Below are positions 49,123 to 60,112 of a stretch of DNA of 64,000 nt, piece after piece; positions within the stretch are counted from its first letter, which is position 1; each line of letters opens with the position of its first letter. Both the position numbers and the translations under genes were made by a program. A model generated the notes under the pieces. That model saw only the letters and a program-made list of their open reading frames with translations, had not been told where the DNA came from and did no database searches. Source of the DNA: Leptolyngbyaceae cyanobacterium. GTDB taxonomy: Bacteria > Cyanobacteriota > Cyanobacteriia > Phormidesmidales > Phormidesmidaceae. The DNA lies in contig CBDHHL010000032.1 of assembly GCA_965263355.1 (NCBI GenBank), positions 256,001 to 320,000 of the forward strand. Direction: 5' to 3'.

Positions 49123-50520
49123 TTATTTTCTCAAATGCCAGCTGCGTGGTTGTAGGAAGGTCGCTATTCCTAGGGTGGACAGTGTAGAGCCGATGCCGGA
49201 ATGGTTACGACCTGTCCAGGGGAGTCGGGGACTGACGCGATCGCAACAGTTCCAATACGCACTTCCACTACTCACCTGCTCCAAAATCCCCACAGCTCTT
49301 TCTCTCTGAGAACTATACACTGCTGCCGTCAGCCCATAGTCCGTATCATTCAGTAAAGTTACTGCCTCATTATCGTCGTTTACCCGCTGAATCCCAATCA
49401 CTGGACCAAAGGTTTCCTCACGCATGACAAGCATCTCATGGGTAACATTCGTTAAGACCGTAGGAGCAAAATACCAGCCAGGGCGAGCTATCGGTTGACC
49501 ACCACAGAGAACCTGAGCCCCTTTGGCGACAGCATCTTGAAGTTGTTGTTCAATCACTGAAAGCTGAGGCTTACGACTCAAGGGACCTAAATAAGTGTCG
49601 GTATCAGTTGGGTCACCCAGTTTAAATTCTTGAACTGTCTGAACAAACTTCTCAACAAACGGTTCATAGACATCTGTGTGTACATAGATTCTCTCTATCG
49701 CACAACAGCTTTGACCATTATTATAAAAAGCACCGTCAGCTAAACCTTCTGCCACAGCAATAACATCGACATCGTCACACACATAAGCTGGATCTTTTCC
49801 CCCTAGTTCCAACTGTACTTTGATTAGCTTGGAAGCAACTGCCATGGCAATCTTCTGGCCAGTAGGGTAGGAGCCTGTAAAGAAAACACCATCGATGGAT
49901 TGTTCAAGGAGAGTGGCTCCAGCGACACCTGTGCCAATGATAGGGACAAAAACATCTTCGGGGATTCCAGATTCGTGGAGGAGAGTTGCGATCGCACTTC
50001 CCGTCATCGTTGCAATTTCTGATGGCTTATACACGACCGCATTACCTGTTAATAGTGCAGGAATAAACACATTGGAACCGACAAAATAAGGATAGTTCCA
50101 GGCAGAGATATTGGCAATAACACCCAGCGGATCATAGGTAATCACTTCTTCTAACTGTCCAGTACCAGGAATAGCCTGCCAGGGTTCTTGATACACCCGT
50201 TGGGCTGTTAGTACCTGGGGAACATTTTCAATAAAAAAATCAATCCGATTTGGTGTCGCTAAGATTTCACTCTTAGCCTGGGTAATTGGCTTGCCAGTCT
50301 CAGACGTTAATGTTGCCGCGAGAAAATCTACTTGCTCTATCAGTGAATTCCTAAAGGTTTGAATGGATTTAATCCTGTCTGCCAATGGAGTGGCTGCCCA
50401 GGCTGGCTGAGCACTACGAGCCCGTTGTACCTTATTGGCAATTATGGCACTGTCGTCAACGGGAATTTCTTTGATTAAGTCTTCTGTTGCCGGATTAATA
50501 ACAGAAATTATATCAGTCAT
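49123..50520 (-). CDS. Aldehyde dehydrogenase family protein
   Basis: WNYP, KPSE, FTGS, ELGGKDP, GQSCCA, EETFGP. Confidence 0.95.
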   Translation of the reverse strand: MTDIISVINPATEDLIKEIPVDDSAIIANKVQRARSAQPAWAATPLADRIKSIQTFRNSLIEQVDFLAATLTSETGKPITQAKSEILATPNRIDFFIENVPQVLTAQRVYQEPWQAIPGTGQLEEVITYDPLGVIANISAWNYPYFVGSNVFIPALLTGNAVVYKPSEIATMTGSAIATLLHESGIPEDVFVPIIGTGVAGATLLEQSIDGVFFTGSYPTGQKIAMAVASKLIKVQLELGGKDPAYVCDDVDVIAVAEGLADGAFYNNGQSCCAIERIYVHTDVYEPFVEKFVQTVQEFKLGDPTDTDTYLGPLSRKPQLSVIEQQLQDAVAKGAQVLCGGQPIARPGWYFAPTVLTNVTHEMLVMREETFGPVIGIQRVNDDNEAVTLLNDTDYGLTAAVYSSQRERAVGILEQVSSGSAYWNCCDRVSPRLPWTGRNHSGIGSTLSTLGIATFLQPRSWHLRK

Positions 50521-50966
50521 AGATCTTTCTCAGAGCTTGCTAAACATCATGCAGTGATTATGTGTTGAAGAACTATGCTACTAGGCCTCCGGCTGCACCG
50601 ACGATGCCTGCATAGAAAATTGTTTGGAAATAGGGCAGCTCACTCGATTGGCATAAAATATTTTTAGACGAGGAAGTGGTTTCTAACTTTTCAGTCGCAA
50701 GGGCCATCGCAGTTACATTCTATGGAATCGTTGAAATGCTAGCGAGTTCGGCTATTGAAAAAGAGTAGTGATTAATACAGTAGAGCCACCTGAATACAGG
50801 ATTTGAATATAGTAAATGCGATTTTGAAATGTTTATAGTGCCACGCCAGCTGCCACCCGGAATAATTAGGAGAACACAAATATTGCCATAAAAAAGGGGC
50901 CTCGATATCTGATAGTTAATCGGGACCACCTACCTGGATGGAAAAACTATAGGGCTGGAACTGAGT

Positions 50967-51416
50967 TTACATAACTCCAAGCTGCTGCATGACCTCTAAT
51001 AAATTACAGTCATACCACCATTCTACAATTTTGTTATCTTCCATACGTAGCCAGGTCACACCACTTACATTTACAAATTTTTCGGTGGCAGGTACCCCTA
51101 AAAACTCTCCTGTGTTTTTGCCCCGAAGGGTGGCTCGATAAACAACCTTATCTCCTTCAACAACAATATCTTCAATTGTCTGTTCAAGGGCGGGAAATCC
51201 TCTAAATAGTTCAGCATTAAATACTTTATTGGCCTCTAAACCCACTACCGGGGCAGAGGCACTGTTGAAGTGATAAACCACATCATCAGTCATTAGCTGA
51301 TCCCAGACGGTTTCCCAGGTGGGGATTGTCCCCCAGCCGTCTACTGCAAACTGCAAGGCAATCGCTCGGTTATTAACTGGACTCACTAACCCCTTGAATG
51401 TGTTTGAAATGCTCAT
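50967..51416 (-). CDS. SnoaL-like ester cyclase
   Basis: FPALEQTIEDIVVEGDKV, GEFLGVPAT, KIVEWW. Confidence 0.88.
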   Translation of the reverse strand: MSISNTFKGLVSPVNNRAIALQFAVDGWGTIPTWETVWDQLMTDDVVYHFNSASAPVVGLEANKVFNAELFRGFPALEQTIEDIVVEGDKVVYRATLRGKNTGEFLGVPATEKFVNVSGVTWLRMEDNKIVEWWYDCNLLEVMQQLGVM

Positions 51417-51428
51417 TTGCCATTGTCT

Positions 51429-51494
51429 CCATACGGAAGCGTATAGTTTTAAGGTATGCTTTGACTATCCGAACGTCAATACGCCACCGTATGG
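51429..51494. promoter_or_regulatory. Two TetR-type operators overlapping a sigma70 promoter for the snoaL-like gene
   Basis: CCATACGGAAGCGTATAG (51429) and CAATACGCCACCGTATGG (51477), core ATACG-N4-CGTAT; minus-strand TTGACG-N17-TACCTT (51479-51451). Confidence 0.75.
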
Positions 51495-51508
51495 TGAATA
51501 AAAAATCA

Positions 51509-52051
51509 ATGTCTAAGCTCAGTAAGCAAGACTGGATCGATGAAGGGCTAAAGGTTTTGGCTGAAGGTGGTGTAGATGCTGTGCGGGTTGAGCCCCTGGC
51601 CAAGCGACTCAATATCACAAAGGGCAGTTTTTACTGGCACTTCAAAAATCGACAGGCCCTATTAACAGAAATTCTGCAGGCCTGGGTGACGATCCAGACG
51701 AACCACATTATCGAACTGGTGGATGCGGCTGAGGGGGATGCATTGGCCAAGCTACTCTATTTATTTGAGCTAGCCGTACAGGATGATGGCAAAGTCGAAA
51801 ATGCTATTCGGGCCTGGGCTGCCAATGATATCAGGGTGGTTGAGGTGTTAGATCAGGTTGATCATCGGCGATTGACCTACACCAGGGATCTCTTTTTAGC
51901 TGTTGGGTTTACGCCTGTGGACGCCATGGTTCGTGCGCGCATGGTTTACTACGCGCTAATTGGAGAATTTACCCTGGGGACCCGTGCCAATCAAGCTGAG
52001 CGATTAGCTGAAATCCGGCTACAGCACAAAATTCTCACCCGTCGTGATTAG
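51509..52051 (+). CDS. TetR/AcrR family regulator
   Basis: LSKQDWIDEG...VRVEPLAKRLNITKGSFYWHF; start at 51491 or 51509. Confidence 0.93.
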   Translation: MSKLSKQDWIDEGLKVLAEGGVDAVRVEPLAKRLNITKGSFYWHFKNRQALLTEILQAWVTIQTNHIIELVDAAEGDALAKLLYLFELAVQDDGKVENAIRAWAANDIRVVEVLDQVDHRRLTYTRDLFLAVGFTPVDAMVRARMVYYALIGEFTLGTRANQAERLAEIRLQHKILTRRD

Positions 52052-52240
52052 AGTGGCTAACTGAATAATCCTGTAGGGGCAGTCCCTTGGGCGGTTTGGC
52101 TGAGCTTACCGTCGAAGCTATGCCCTCCGATACCGGACGTATCAGTCAGGATTTCTATTATTCACAATAAAGCCGTTGAGCCAGGGTAGCATCAAGCACA
52201 AAGGGATTATCATTGCCTTGCCGAGGGGAGAACTAGAATT

Positions 52241-52272
52241 TCCCCCCTTGCGAAGGGGGGATTAAGGGGGGT
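52241..52272. repeat. Cyanobacterial dispersed repeat (CCCCCCTT...AAGGGGGG type)
   Basis: TCCCCCCTTGCGAAGGGGGGATTAAGGGGGG. Confidence 0.7.
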
Positions 52273-52454
52273 AATGCAGGATTTGAGTTCTCTTACGAGA
52301 TGTGTGTACACCTTAGCCTGGCTAGAGACATGCCCGAAGCTAGGAAAGTGATTGTCTTATACTGGGAATGTTGGTGGAAAAACATTCCGCTTTGAGCAGG
52401 TACTCTAATTTTAGAAATTCTGGTTCAGAGCTGGCATCACCCTACCGGGTACTA

Positions 52455-54203
52455 CTATGATATTTCAGCTGCCTCAGCCAAAGACTGTAGCTGCCAGGTA
52501 TGGTCTTCTGCGAGTCGTAATATTGACTGATGATAGTCTTCTAAAGACTGACGGTGCCCGACACTGATGTAAGCAGTTTTAGTCGCTGCTAGATGGCTAT
52601 ACAGTTGTTTTTCATTGTCACGGTCAAGGGCGCTAGTGGCTTCGTCCAAGATAGTATACTTGGGCTGATGGAGTAGCACACGGGCAAAGCTCAAACGCTG
52701 TTGTTCTCCTAGGGATAACACATCACTCCATTCTGCTTCGGCATCAAACCCACCAAAGCGGTCGTCTAAATCGTGCAGGTTGACTTGTTCTAATGCTGTT
52801 TTAAGCTGGGTGTCATTTAGTTCAATAGTAGGGTAAGGATAGAACAGTTGTTGGCGTAGACTGCCCAGAATCATATAAGGTTTTTGGGGTAAAAACAGCA
52901 GCTGTTCTAGAGCAGGACGTTGAATGGTGCCGGTGCCGGAGTTCCAGAGACCTGCGATCGCACGCATTAACGAACTCTTACCACAGCCGCTAGGCCCCAC
53001 GACCAGTAGGGAACTTTGGCTACTCAACTCAAGGGATAAATCTTCGATCAAGGTGCGTTGGTAATTAGGCGTTTGCAACGTCAAATTCTTGAGCATAAGC
53101 TCCGGTGCAACTTCACAGCTAATAACCAGGTTTTCAACCTGAGTGACCTCTGCTGCCAATACCTCTGTTTCTTCTGTGTTCTCAGAAGCTTCTTCAACCT
53201 GTCCTAGGGAACTAGCAAAATCATAAAGCCGATCAATCCCGGCTCCAAAGGCAGTCAACGATTGAAAGCGAGCAACGATTAAGTTAAGCGAGAAAAAGAC
53301 ACGAATAAACGCCCCCTGGGCTTCGCTAACTTTTCCAACCTCAATATCCCCATTAAAAATACCAGGGGCAACAACCAGGGCCGGGAGGATAAACGGAATA
53401 AACTCGTAGGCATTGGTAATACCATTAAGCCCCAACTCCCAACCTAGCAGTCGCTTGTAGTTATCAAACGCGGCCATAAATCGATTGTTAACCTGGGTCG
53501 CTTCCTGGTCTTCACCCTGATAAAAAGCAATAGCTTCAGCATTCTCACGCACCCGCACCAGACCAAAACGGAAATTGGCCTCTCGCTTAAGCTGTTCAAA
53601 GTTTAGGCGCACCAGGGGTTGCCCAAAAACACCCACCGTGGCCAGGGTGCCAATGATGGCGTAGGCAAGTAAAAAGAGTACTAATTCTCGGGAAATGCCA
53701 AGCAGTACGCCGCTAAAGGCAATAATTTCCAGTATTGAGTCGGATAAAACAAGAGCTAAGGTAAGGGATTCTTGAGTAAAATTTTTGACGTCTTCAGCGA
53801 TCCGCTGGTCAGGATTGTCAATGTCGGGATTGAATTGGTTAATACGATAAAACGCTCGCTCAGCAAAGTAGCGTTCGACAAAATTGGCAGTAAGCCAGCG
53901 TCGCCAGGCCAGACCCAGGCGATCGCGCAGGTAGGTGTAGCCTGCTAGAAGTGGTGCGTAGACGACCAGAACACCGATAAAAATAATCACGGTTTGCCAA
54001 AAGCGGGACTCGTTTTTGGCAGATAGGGCTGAGATCAGCTCACCCCGCTGGTTATTTAGAACAACGCTGAGGCCAGTGTAGGCCAAGAGTAGTAAAACAA
54101 TTAAGCACAAAAGGCCACGGGCTTTCCACTTTTCGTCGCTAAACCAATAGGTTTTGGCAATGGTCCAAAAGCGTTGGAAAATTTGAAGGTTAAAACGTTT
54201 CAT
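52455..54203 (-). CDS. Fused ABC permease/ATPase (YddA/ABCD-like)
   Basis: DNPDQRIAED, REANFRFGLVRVRENAEAIAFY, GPSGCGKSS, LSLGEQQR, LDEATSALD. Confidence 0.93.
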   Translation of the reverse strand: MKRFNLQIFQRFWTIAKTYWFSDEKWKARGLLCLIVLLLLAYTGLSVVLNNQRGELISALSAKNESRFWQTVIIFIGVLVVYAPLLAGYTYLRDRLGLAWRRWLTANFVERYFAERAFYRINQFNPDIDNPDQRIAEDVKNFTQESLTLALVLSDSILEIIAFSGVLLGISRELVLFLLAYAIIGTLATVGVFGQPLVRLNFEQLKREANFRFGLVRVRENAEAIAFYQGEDQEATQVNNRFMAAFDNYKRLLGWELGLNGITNAYEFIPFILPALVVAPGIFNGDIEVGKVSEAQGAFIRVFFSLNLIVARFQSLTAFGAGIDRLYDFASSLGQVEEASENTEETEVLAAEVTQVENLVISCEVAPELMLKNLTLQTPNYQRTLIEDLSLELSSQSSLLVVGPSGCGKSSLMRAIAGLWNSGTGTIQRPALEQLLFLPQKPYMILGSLRQQLFYPYPTIELNDTQLKTALEQVNLHDLDDRFGGFDAEAEWSDVLSLGEQQRLSFARVLLHQPKYTILDEATSALDRDNEKQLYSHLAATKTAYISVGHRQSLEDYHQSILRLAEDHTWQLQSLAEAAEIS

Positions 54204-54523
54204 ATAGGAAAGTTCATAGCCAGATGCAGATTTTGTTAGTTTAAGGGGTTTACGGATCGGCTGAGCAGCGAAATTGATTAGAAAAGGTTCCTTGACATCC
54301 AGCAAAGCGGCGTCAGCCTACCGTAGACTCAATGTCGTACGGCTGAACCAAAACTCGCTAAAGGGGCAAGGGCTTGTTAAAAATTACGCTTATTTGCAGA
54401 GTCGGAACGTGACCCTGCAAATAAGCGTACTAAGTATTCCTAATTGTATTAAGTTTAGGGGTACGGTGGGAGCGATTATCTGTGCTCTGATCTGGTTTCC
54501 ACAGAAGATTCAGGGCTTAAAAC

Positions 54524-55343
54524 TCAAATTGTTTTCTCCAGGTAAAACTGTCCTAGAAAGAATCGTAATTGCTGTTGGGTTTGCCAAATATAATCCGTTG
54601 GATTCCACAGATCTCGCAACCCATAATCAATTAGCTGAACAGGAACAAGTCGCTCTCTCCGTTCAACTAGCATCATTTGTTCTAAAACCCAAGGATCACG
54701 AGAGTATTCTGGATGCCCTGAAAAGACTAGAATATGACCGCCCAGTATCCAGCCCAAGTATTCTGTTACTCCACTGGCACCTAAGGAAACAGCGCCAGGA
54801 GGTAGCTGGGTAATCCCGTCATTATGGTGAACGTGAATCCCATAGTCAGTACGCTCAGTGCCAAAATAGGTCTGAGCAGCTTCTGTTAGCTGAATAGTAA
54901 CAACGGATAGCTCAGTGCCAGAGGGATTCTTCTCTACCTTACCCCCCCAGGGCCTGGGCAACAATTTGGGGGGCAAACGAAAACCCGGATATGCGTATTT
55001 GTTGTTGATGGTAGTCTCTAATCACTTCCCGTAGTCGAACGACCCAGTCATCTTGATCGTAAGCAGCGTTAGCAGATCCCGAAATCACAATGCCAGCCAG
55101 ATTAGCCAGATCTTGTTCACTGGGATAGTGAAACTTACGGGGTTCAAATTTAATTAACTCTATGCCATTGAGGTCTACTCCACCTAGGTCTTCTGGCAAA
55201 CTCTTATGACACACATCAGTAAATAGCTGCTGATACATGTCATAAAAGCCGTCAGGATAACGCTCTAAAATCTCAGGTGCCCACCACCGGAGGTCATCGG
55301 TACCCACATCAAAACTGGCGAGACGAAGGGTTTGGGACGGCAT
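54524..55343 (-). pseudogene. Class I glutamine amidotransferase-like gene split by a +1 frameshift
   Basis: ISGSANAAY...GFSFAPQIVAQALGG / KVEKNP...HHNDGI...SGHPEY; the break lies in a G7 run at 54942-54948. Confidence 0.8.
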
Positions 55344-55385
55344 AGGTAGACCAGCTCAATGTTTGGGGGCTTTGATACCTGATAG

Positions 55386-56300
55386 CTAATCTAGTGCATC
55401 GGCACAGTAGTCAGCTAAAAATGGAGTGCGATAGCCATCCTGGGACCATAATATTGGATAGTAACTTTCATCTATCTCTAAACTGTCTTTCTGGCGATAG
55501 CGTTCAAAGATATAACCGTCACCAATACCAGGTAACTGGAATTTAGCATGGCCCGCCAGGGAACTGATGGCTAAACTACGGCGGGTTTTAGTTTCGCTAA
55601 CATTTTGACCAGACCCACGCCAGAGATTACCATGGAGAAAAACAGCACTGCCGGGGGGCAACACGATGGGAACAATCTGTGGAGAGTCAATACCCACTTC
55701 ACTAGCGGCATCCCAGAGAGGCTTACGATAGTCTTCTTTCGGCGCATGGAGAAAGCGTACTTTATCTGTGCAGTCCCAAAAATGAGAACCGGGAACAATT
55801 TCTAATGAGCCGGTCTTTAGTGCTACATCACTTAAGGCAATCCAACAGGTAACCGTAGACGGAGGGGCAATACTGGAGGTATAGGTATTGTTACGATGGA
55901 AGTAGACCTCAGGGGCGTTGGGTGGCTTAATCCAACAGGCGTCGAGACCGTAGCGGGCTGAGGTCCACCCCATCAGGGTGGCATTGAGACGGGCAATGGT
56001 AGCAGATAGGGTGAAGCTAGCGAGGGTGCGATCGCAACGCCACAATCCAGTCATGTGCTGGGTTGCATTTGGCTGACTCAGACCAGGACGACCATACCAT
56101 TCATCTGGATAAATTCCGGTTTCGAACTGGGTATTAAACAACGGATCAAACCGTTCAACAACTTGCTCTATTTGTTGTGGGGTCAACAGATTATCAAAAA
56201 TGAGATACCCTTGCTGGTGAAACAATTCTATTTGAGTAGTGGTAATATCTAACGGGGATACTTGCCCCAAGGCATCCGGACTAAGAGTGGCAGGTTCCAT
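55386..56300 (-). CDS. PhyH-family dioxygenase-like protein with degenerate Fe ligands
   Basis: FHQQGYL, GIYPDEW, KPP, VTCWIAL, GSLEIVPGSH; HRNN replaces HxD and WRGSG replaces WHGSG. Confidence 0.85.
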   Translation of the reverse strand: MEPATLSPDALGQVSPLDITTTQIELFHQQGYLIFDNLLTPQQIEQVVERFDPLFNTQFETGIYPDEWYGRPGLSQPNATQHMTGLWRCDRTLASFTLSATIARLNATLMGWTSARYGLDACWIKPPNAPEVYFHRNNTYTSSIAPPSTVTCWIALSDVALKTGSLEIVPGSHFWDCTDKVRFLHAPKEDYRKPLWDAASEVGIDSPQIVPIVLPPGSAVFLHGNLWRGSGQNVSETKTRRSLAISSLAGHAKFQLPGIGDGYIFERYRQKDSLEIDESYYPILWSQDGYRTPFLADYCADALD

Positions 56301-56302
56301 AG

Positions 56303-56700
56303 TTAATAATCCTTTAGAAACGATGTACGATAACCGTCTTCGCGCCAGACGATAGGGAAAAAGCTTTCGCCCATAGTATTGTCGCCATGGCGACGATATT
56401 TGCCAGCAATATAACCCCCCGGTACATAGGAGCCGAAGGGCTTAAACTGAGCATTAGCAGACACATAGGCCAGTACCATACTGCGACGGACAACATCCAT
56501 CGTATTTTTGCCGGAACCGTGCCAAGTGTTGCCATGGTGGAAAACTCCACCGCCAGGAGCGATATTAAGTTGTACGACGTCAGGGTTATCTACACCCGCT
56601 AGTGTAACGGCTTGTTTCATTTCTGAACGATAATTTTTATTCTGGTTGTGAAATTCAGGCACTGCTGTTGAGAATTATCAATGTTGAGACCCTTAGACAT
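56303..56700 (-). pseudogene. Internally deleted PhyH-family dioxygenase
   Basis: MSKGLNIDNSQQ start joined out of frame to a C-terminal half with FHHGNTWHGSG...RRS...YRTSFL. Confidence 0.75.
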
Positions 56701-56864
56701 ATTCAATTTCAATCGTAATTGTCATCAATATCCGCTTTCTCGATTGCCTTGCCAACAAAGGTCATCGTGTATGACTCTGGCTAAATTAACTAAATTAATT
56801 AAACGTGTCTAACCTAGATCAATTTGTTATACCAAGAGTATGAAACGCAAATCTTGATAGGACT

Positions 56865-56878
56865 GTATTCGTTATTAC
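56865..56878. promoter_or_regulatory. NtcA-type box upstream of the PhyH operon
   Basis: GTATTCGTTATTAC; minus-strand TACTCT 24 nt downstream. Confidence 0.5.
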
Positions 56879-57053
56879 TGAACAGTCTCCATGATATCCG
56901 TTGTTACAATTTATGGTGAATCCTTTCCTGGCTACGACCAATGGCTGGGATGTAGCAAATTACCTGCACTGCCTCGAAAAAATCACATTTGGTTGAAGGT
57001 GTTGTTAAAGCGGGTGAAACAATTCAGTCACTAAATTGAAGCATTATGAAGCA

Positions 57054-57923
57054 TTACCAGAAAAACTTTAGTAATGCATCCACGAACTCTTCCGGTGCAT
57101 CTTGCTGTATCCAGTGGGATGCATTTTCGATGGGTTTAAATACAGCTTCAGGAATTTCTGTTGCCAACTGTTTTCCATCCTCTGCTTTTTGCCAGGGGTC
57201 ATCCATGCCCCAAAGAATCATCGTAGGGGCAGAAATTTTTCCATGGCGGTCTACCAGGGCCATGGTTTGATTTGCATTTAATGCAGATGCATTGCGTAAT
57301 AAACTGAGCTTACCTTCTTCACTAGCCCAGGGCGCAATCATGCCTTCTCTAAAGTCAGCGGTTAGTCGCTCAGGACGAGCAAGCCCCATGGCCAAACTCT
57401 CTTCTAGGGCGGCCACTAAGTCCTCAATGGGTCGGGGTTTCCAGCGTAAGGGATGACCAAAGTCAAGCATGTCATCATCAAATCGGTCATAGCAGACAGA
57501 GTTGCTAATCACCAGCTGATTTACCACCTGGGCATGTTCGATGGCCAAAATCAGGGCAACGGCTCCACCGGTATCATGACCAACGACATGTACTTGAGAC
57601 AGGTCTAATGCATTTAACAGCGCCAGGATCATTTTGGCCTGATCTTGAAACGAACGGTCAAAGCGATCGCGCCTATCTGACCAACCGTGACCCAAAAAAT
57701 CTGGTGCAATCACCCGATAGCCTGCCTCCACCAGAGGAGGAATTACAGCATGGTAAAGATAGCCCCAGGTAGGAATTCCATGCATGAGCAGAATGGTGCC
57801 GGTTTGGTCAGTCCCAATATCTACATAGCGAATCTTGACCGGGATATGGGCTACGGTATTAGCGAGTAGTTCAATCTCTTGCTGGGCATTTTTGTAATCT
57901 TGCCAGGTAGTCCAAAATGTCAT
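57054..57923 (-). CDS. Alpha/beta hydrolase (haloalkane dehalogenase/epoxide hydrolase-like, Asp nucleophile)
   Basis: LMHGIPTWGYLY, APDFLGHGWSD, GHDTGG, ASHWIQQD. Confidence 0.9.
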   Translation of the reverse strand: MTFWTTWQDYKNAQQEIELLANTVAHIPVKIRYVDIGTDQTGTILLMHGIPTWGYLYHAVIPPLVEAGYRVIAPDFLGHGWSDRRDRFDRSFQDQAKMILALLNALDLSQVHVVGHDTGGAVALILAIEHAQVVNQLVISNSVCYDRFDDDMLDFGHPLRWKPRPIEDLVAALEESLAMGLARPERLTADFREGMIAPWASEEGKLSLLRNASALNANQTMALVDRHGKISAPTMILWGMDDPWQKAEDGKQLATEIPEAVFKPIENASHWIQQDAPEEFVDALLKFFW

Positions 57924-58274
57924 GGGAATCGCCTTATGGATTGAATTGCCTTTGGCGGGCTAGCACTATAGAAATTGACTAGAATCGATTGCGATCGCAA
58001 TCATTTTCTACGTTCAGGCTGTTTTAATCATTACAAATGTATCAATTAAGCAATGAGTATATTCACCATTGCTTTTAAATTATCTAGTGATGAGTACCCT
58101 ACCATGGTAGATTAAAAGCCTTTTTCAATTCAGAATGCTGCCTGACAAGGATCTACAGTTAATACCTACGTGAGTGCGAATACTGATTTCAGATGAAACT
58201 AGCGCAGAGGAAAATTATGGTAATTATCCAATGATGCCTATAGCGTTTCAGCCCAAAAAACTGATTTCGCATCT

Positions 58275-60008
58275 ATGAATCAGCAAAGCTGCCCTCTATC
58301 TAAATTCACTAAACCAGTTCACTTTATCTTCAAAGGTATAGCCAATAGATCCAAGCTGCTGTTAAAGGCCCAGCAATTAAGTATTGGTCAGAAGATATAT
58401 CTGGGTTATGGCATTGCTTTAGGGATTGCTGCGTCTGGAGTGATGTTAGGGTTACTGGTAGGGGACCTTGTTCAGCGAAATGCTAAACGCAAACTGAGAA
58501 AGGCGACCCATCAAACGGCTTTGATGTCGCGTTTACTACTCATCAGCAACCAATTCCAACCTCAACGGGAGTTTATCCCGGTACGGCGTAATCAAGCTCG
58601 TTTGACCAGGGCAAAAAATGATTTTGAAGAACGCGTTAATGCGGTTGAGCAATTGCTAATCGAGATCACTCAAGCCACTCCCCTAAACACAGACAGTTCA
58701 ACCCATGTCTTTCTCGATGCCTACGAAACCGTCTTTACCGACTATATTGCTGAGCAAAGAGACATCATCAATACCGAACTGGATGCTGCTGACCAAAACC
58801 TCAGTGATGCCGAACGTGCTGACAAGCTTGAACGTGAGTTAAATGACTTTGTTGTTCGTCCTGTATCGGTTCGCTTCTCTCGGTATACTAACGAAATTGC
58901 CAGTTTGCTTGAAGCTGCCAATCAAGACAGCATAGCTGCCCAAGCTGCGTTTGCCCAAGCCAACAGTTTACGGGCTTATATTATTGTGAGTAGCCTATTG
59001 TTATCAATTGTGCTTGCAGCCATTTTGGCACTATTCACTGGCCAAGCCATTATTCGCCCCATTCGCCAGGTTACGAGTGTTGCTCAAATTGTTACAGAAA
59101 CCGGCGACTTTAAACAACGTGTGCCAGAGATAATTGGTCGAGGCGAAACAGCCGTACTCTCTAGTGCACTTAACCAGTTAATTGCTTGGGTTGATAAATA
59201 TACACAAGAACTTAAGCAAGCCCAGACTCAGCTAATTCAAACTGAGAAAATGTCCAGTTTAGGACAAATGGTAGCAGGCGTTGCTCACGAGATTAACAAT
59301 CCTGTTAGTTTTATTGCTGGTAATTTGCCCCATATTAATGCCTATGCCGAGGATTTGATAAAACTGATACAGCTTTATGAAGCCTCTATGGTGGATCCTC
59401 CAACTGAAATTGAGAAGTTGTCTGATGAAATTGACCTCGATTTTTTGAAAGAAGATTTACCAAAAATACTAAGCTCTATGGATATAGGAGTAGAGCGCAT
59501 TCGAAAAATTGTTTTGTCGTTGCGTATTTTTTCTCGGATTGATGTGTCAACATCCAAAGAAATAGATATTCATGAAGGCATTGACAACACATTGGTTTTA
59601 TTAGGTAATCGATTGAAATACGGGATCGATGTTATTAAAGACTATGGTGAACTGCCACTTATTGAATGTTATCCCGCTCAGCTTAATCAGGTGTTTATGA
59701 ATTTACTCACCAATGCTATTGATGTATTGTTGGAAGTCCCCGAGCAAGAGCATAAGCAGATTGTTATTCGTACAGAGACTAAACCCACGGAAATTTTAAT
59801 TGCGATTCAAGATAATGGTAAAGGAATTCCCAACGAATTAAAGAAAAAACTCTTTGATCCATTTTTTACAACTAAGCCAGTGGGCAAGGGAACAGGCTTG
59901 GGGTTGGCCATCAGCTATAAGATTGTTGAAAGACACGATGGCACAATAGAGGTGGATTCCCGGCAGGGGCAAGGGACTACGTTTACAATTAGGATTCCTA
60001 AAAAATAA
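58275..60008 (+). CDS. Membrane HAMP-domain histidine kinase
   Basis: Two TM helices, [32 protein letters not shown]. Confidence 0.93.
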   Translation: MNQQSCPLSKFTKPVHFIFKGIANRSKLLLKAQQLSIGQKIYLGYGIALGIAASGVMLGLLVGDLVQRNAKRKLRKATHQTALMSRLLLISNQFQPQREFIPVRRNQARLTRAKNDFEERVNAVEQLLIEITQATPLNTDSSTHVFLDAYETVFTDYIAEQRDIINTELDAADQNLSDAERADKLERELNDFVVRPVSVRFSRYTNEIASLLEAANQDSIAAQAAFAQANSLRAYIIVSSLLLSIVLAAILALFTGQAIIRPIRQVTSVAQIVTETGDFKQRVPEIIGRGETAVLSSALNQLIAWVDKYTQELKQAQTQLIQTEKMSSLGQMVAGVAHEINNPVSFIAGNLPHINAYAEDLIKLIQLYEASMVDPPTEIEKLSDEIDLDFLKEDLPKILSSMDIGVERIRKIVLSLRIFSRIDVSTSKEIDIHEGIDNTLVLLGNRLKYGIDVIKDYGELPLIECYPAQLNQVFMNLLTNAIDVLLEVPEQEHKQIVIRTETKPTEILIAIQDNGKGIPNELKKKLFDPFFTTKPVGKGTGLGLAISYKIVERHDGTIEVDSRQGQGTTFTIRIPKK

Positions 60009-60112
60009 GTAAAAATACGATTTTAACGGATGCGAAAAACGGCTATAGAAGAGTAAGTTAAGTTGATTTATCGATTTCTGTTCTTATTCTATAAATATAG
60101 TTTTGACCTACG

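Noticed and set aside
54274..54813. 179-aa plus-strand ORF and other short antisense ORFs in the track
   Set aside because: They overlap better-supported genes on the opposite strand and have no recognisable motifs
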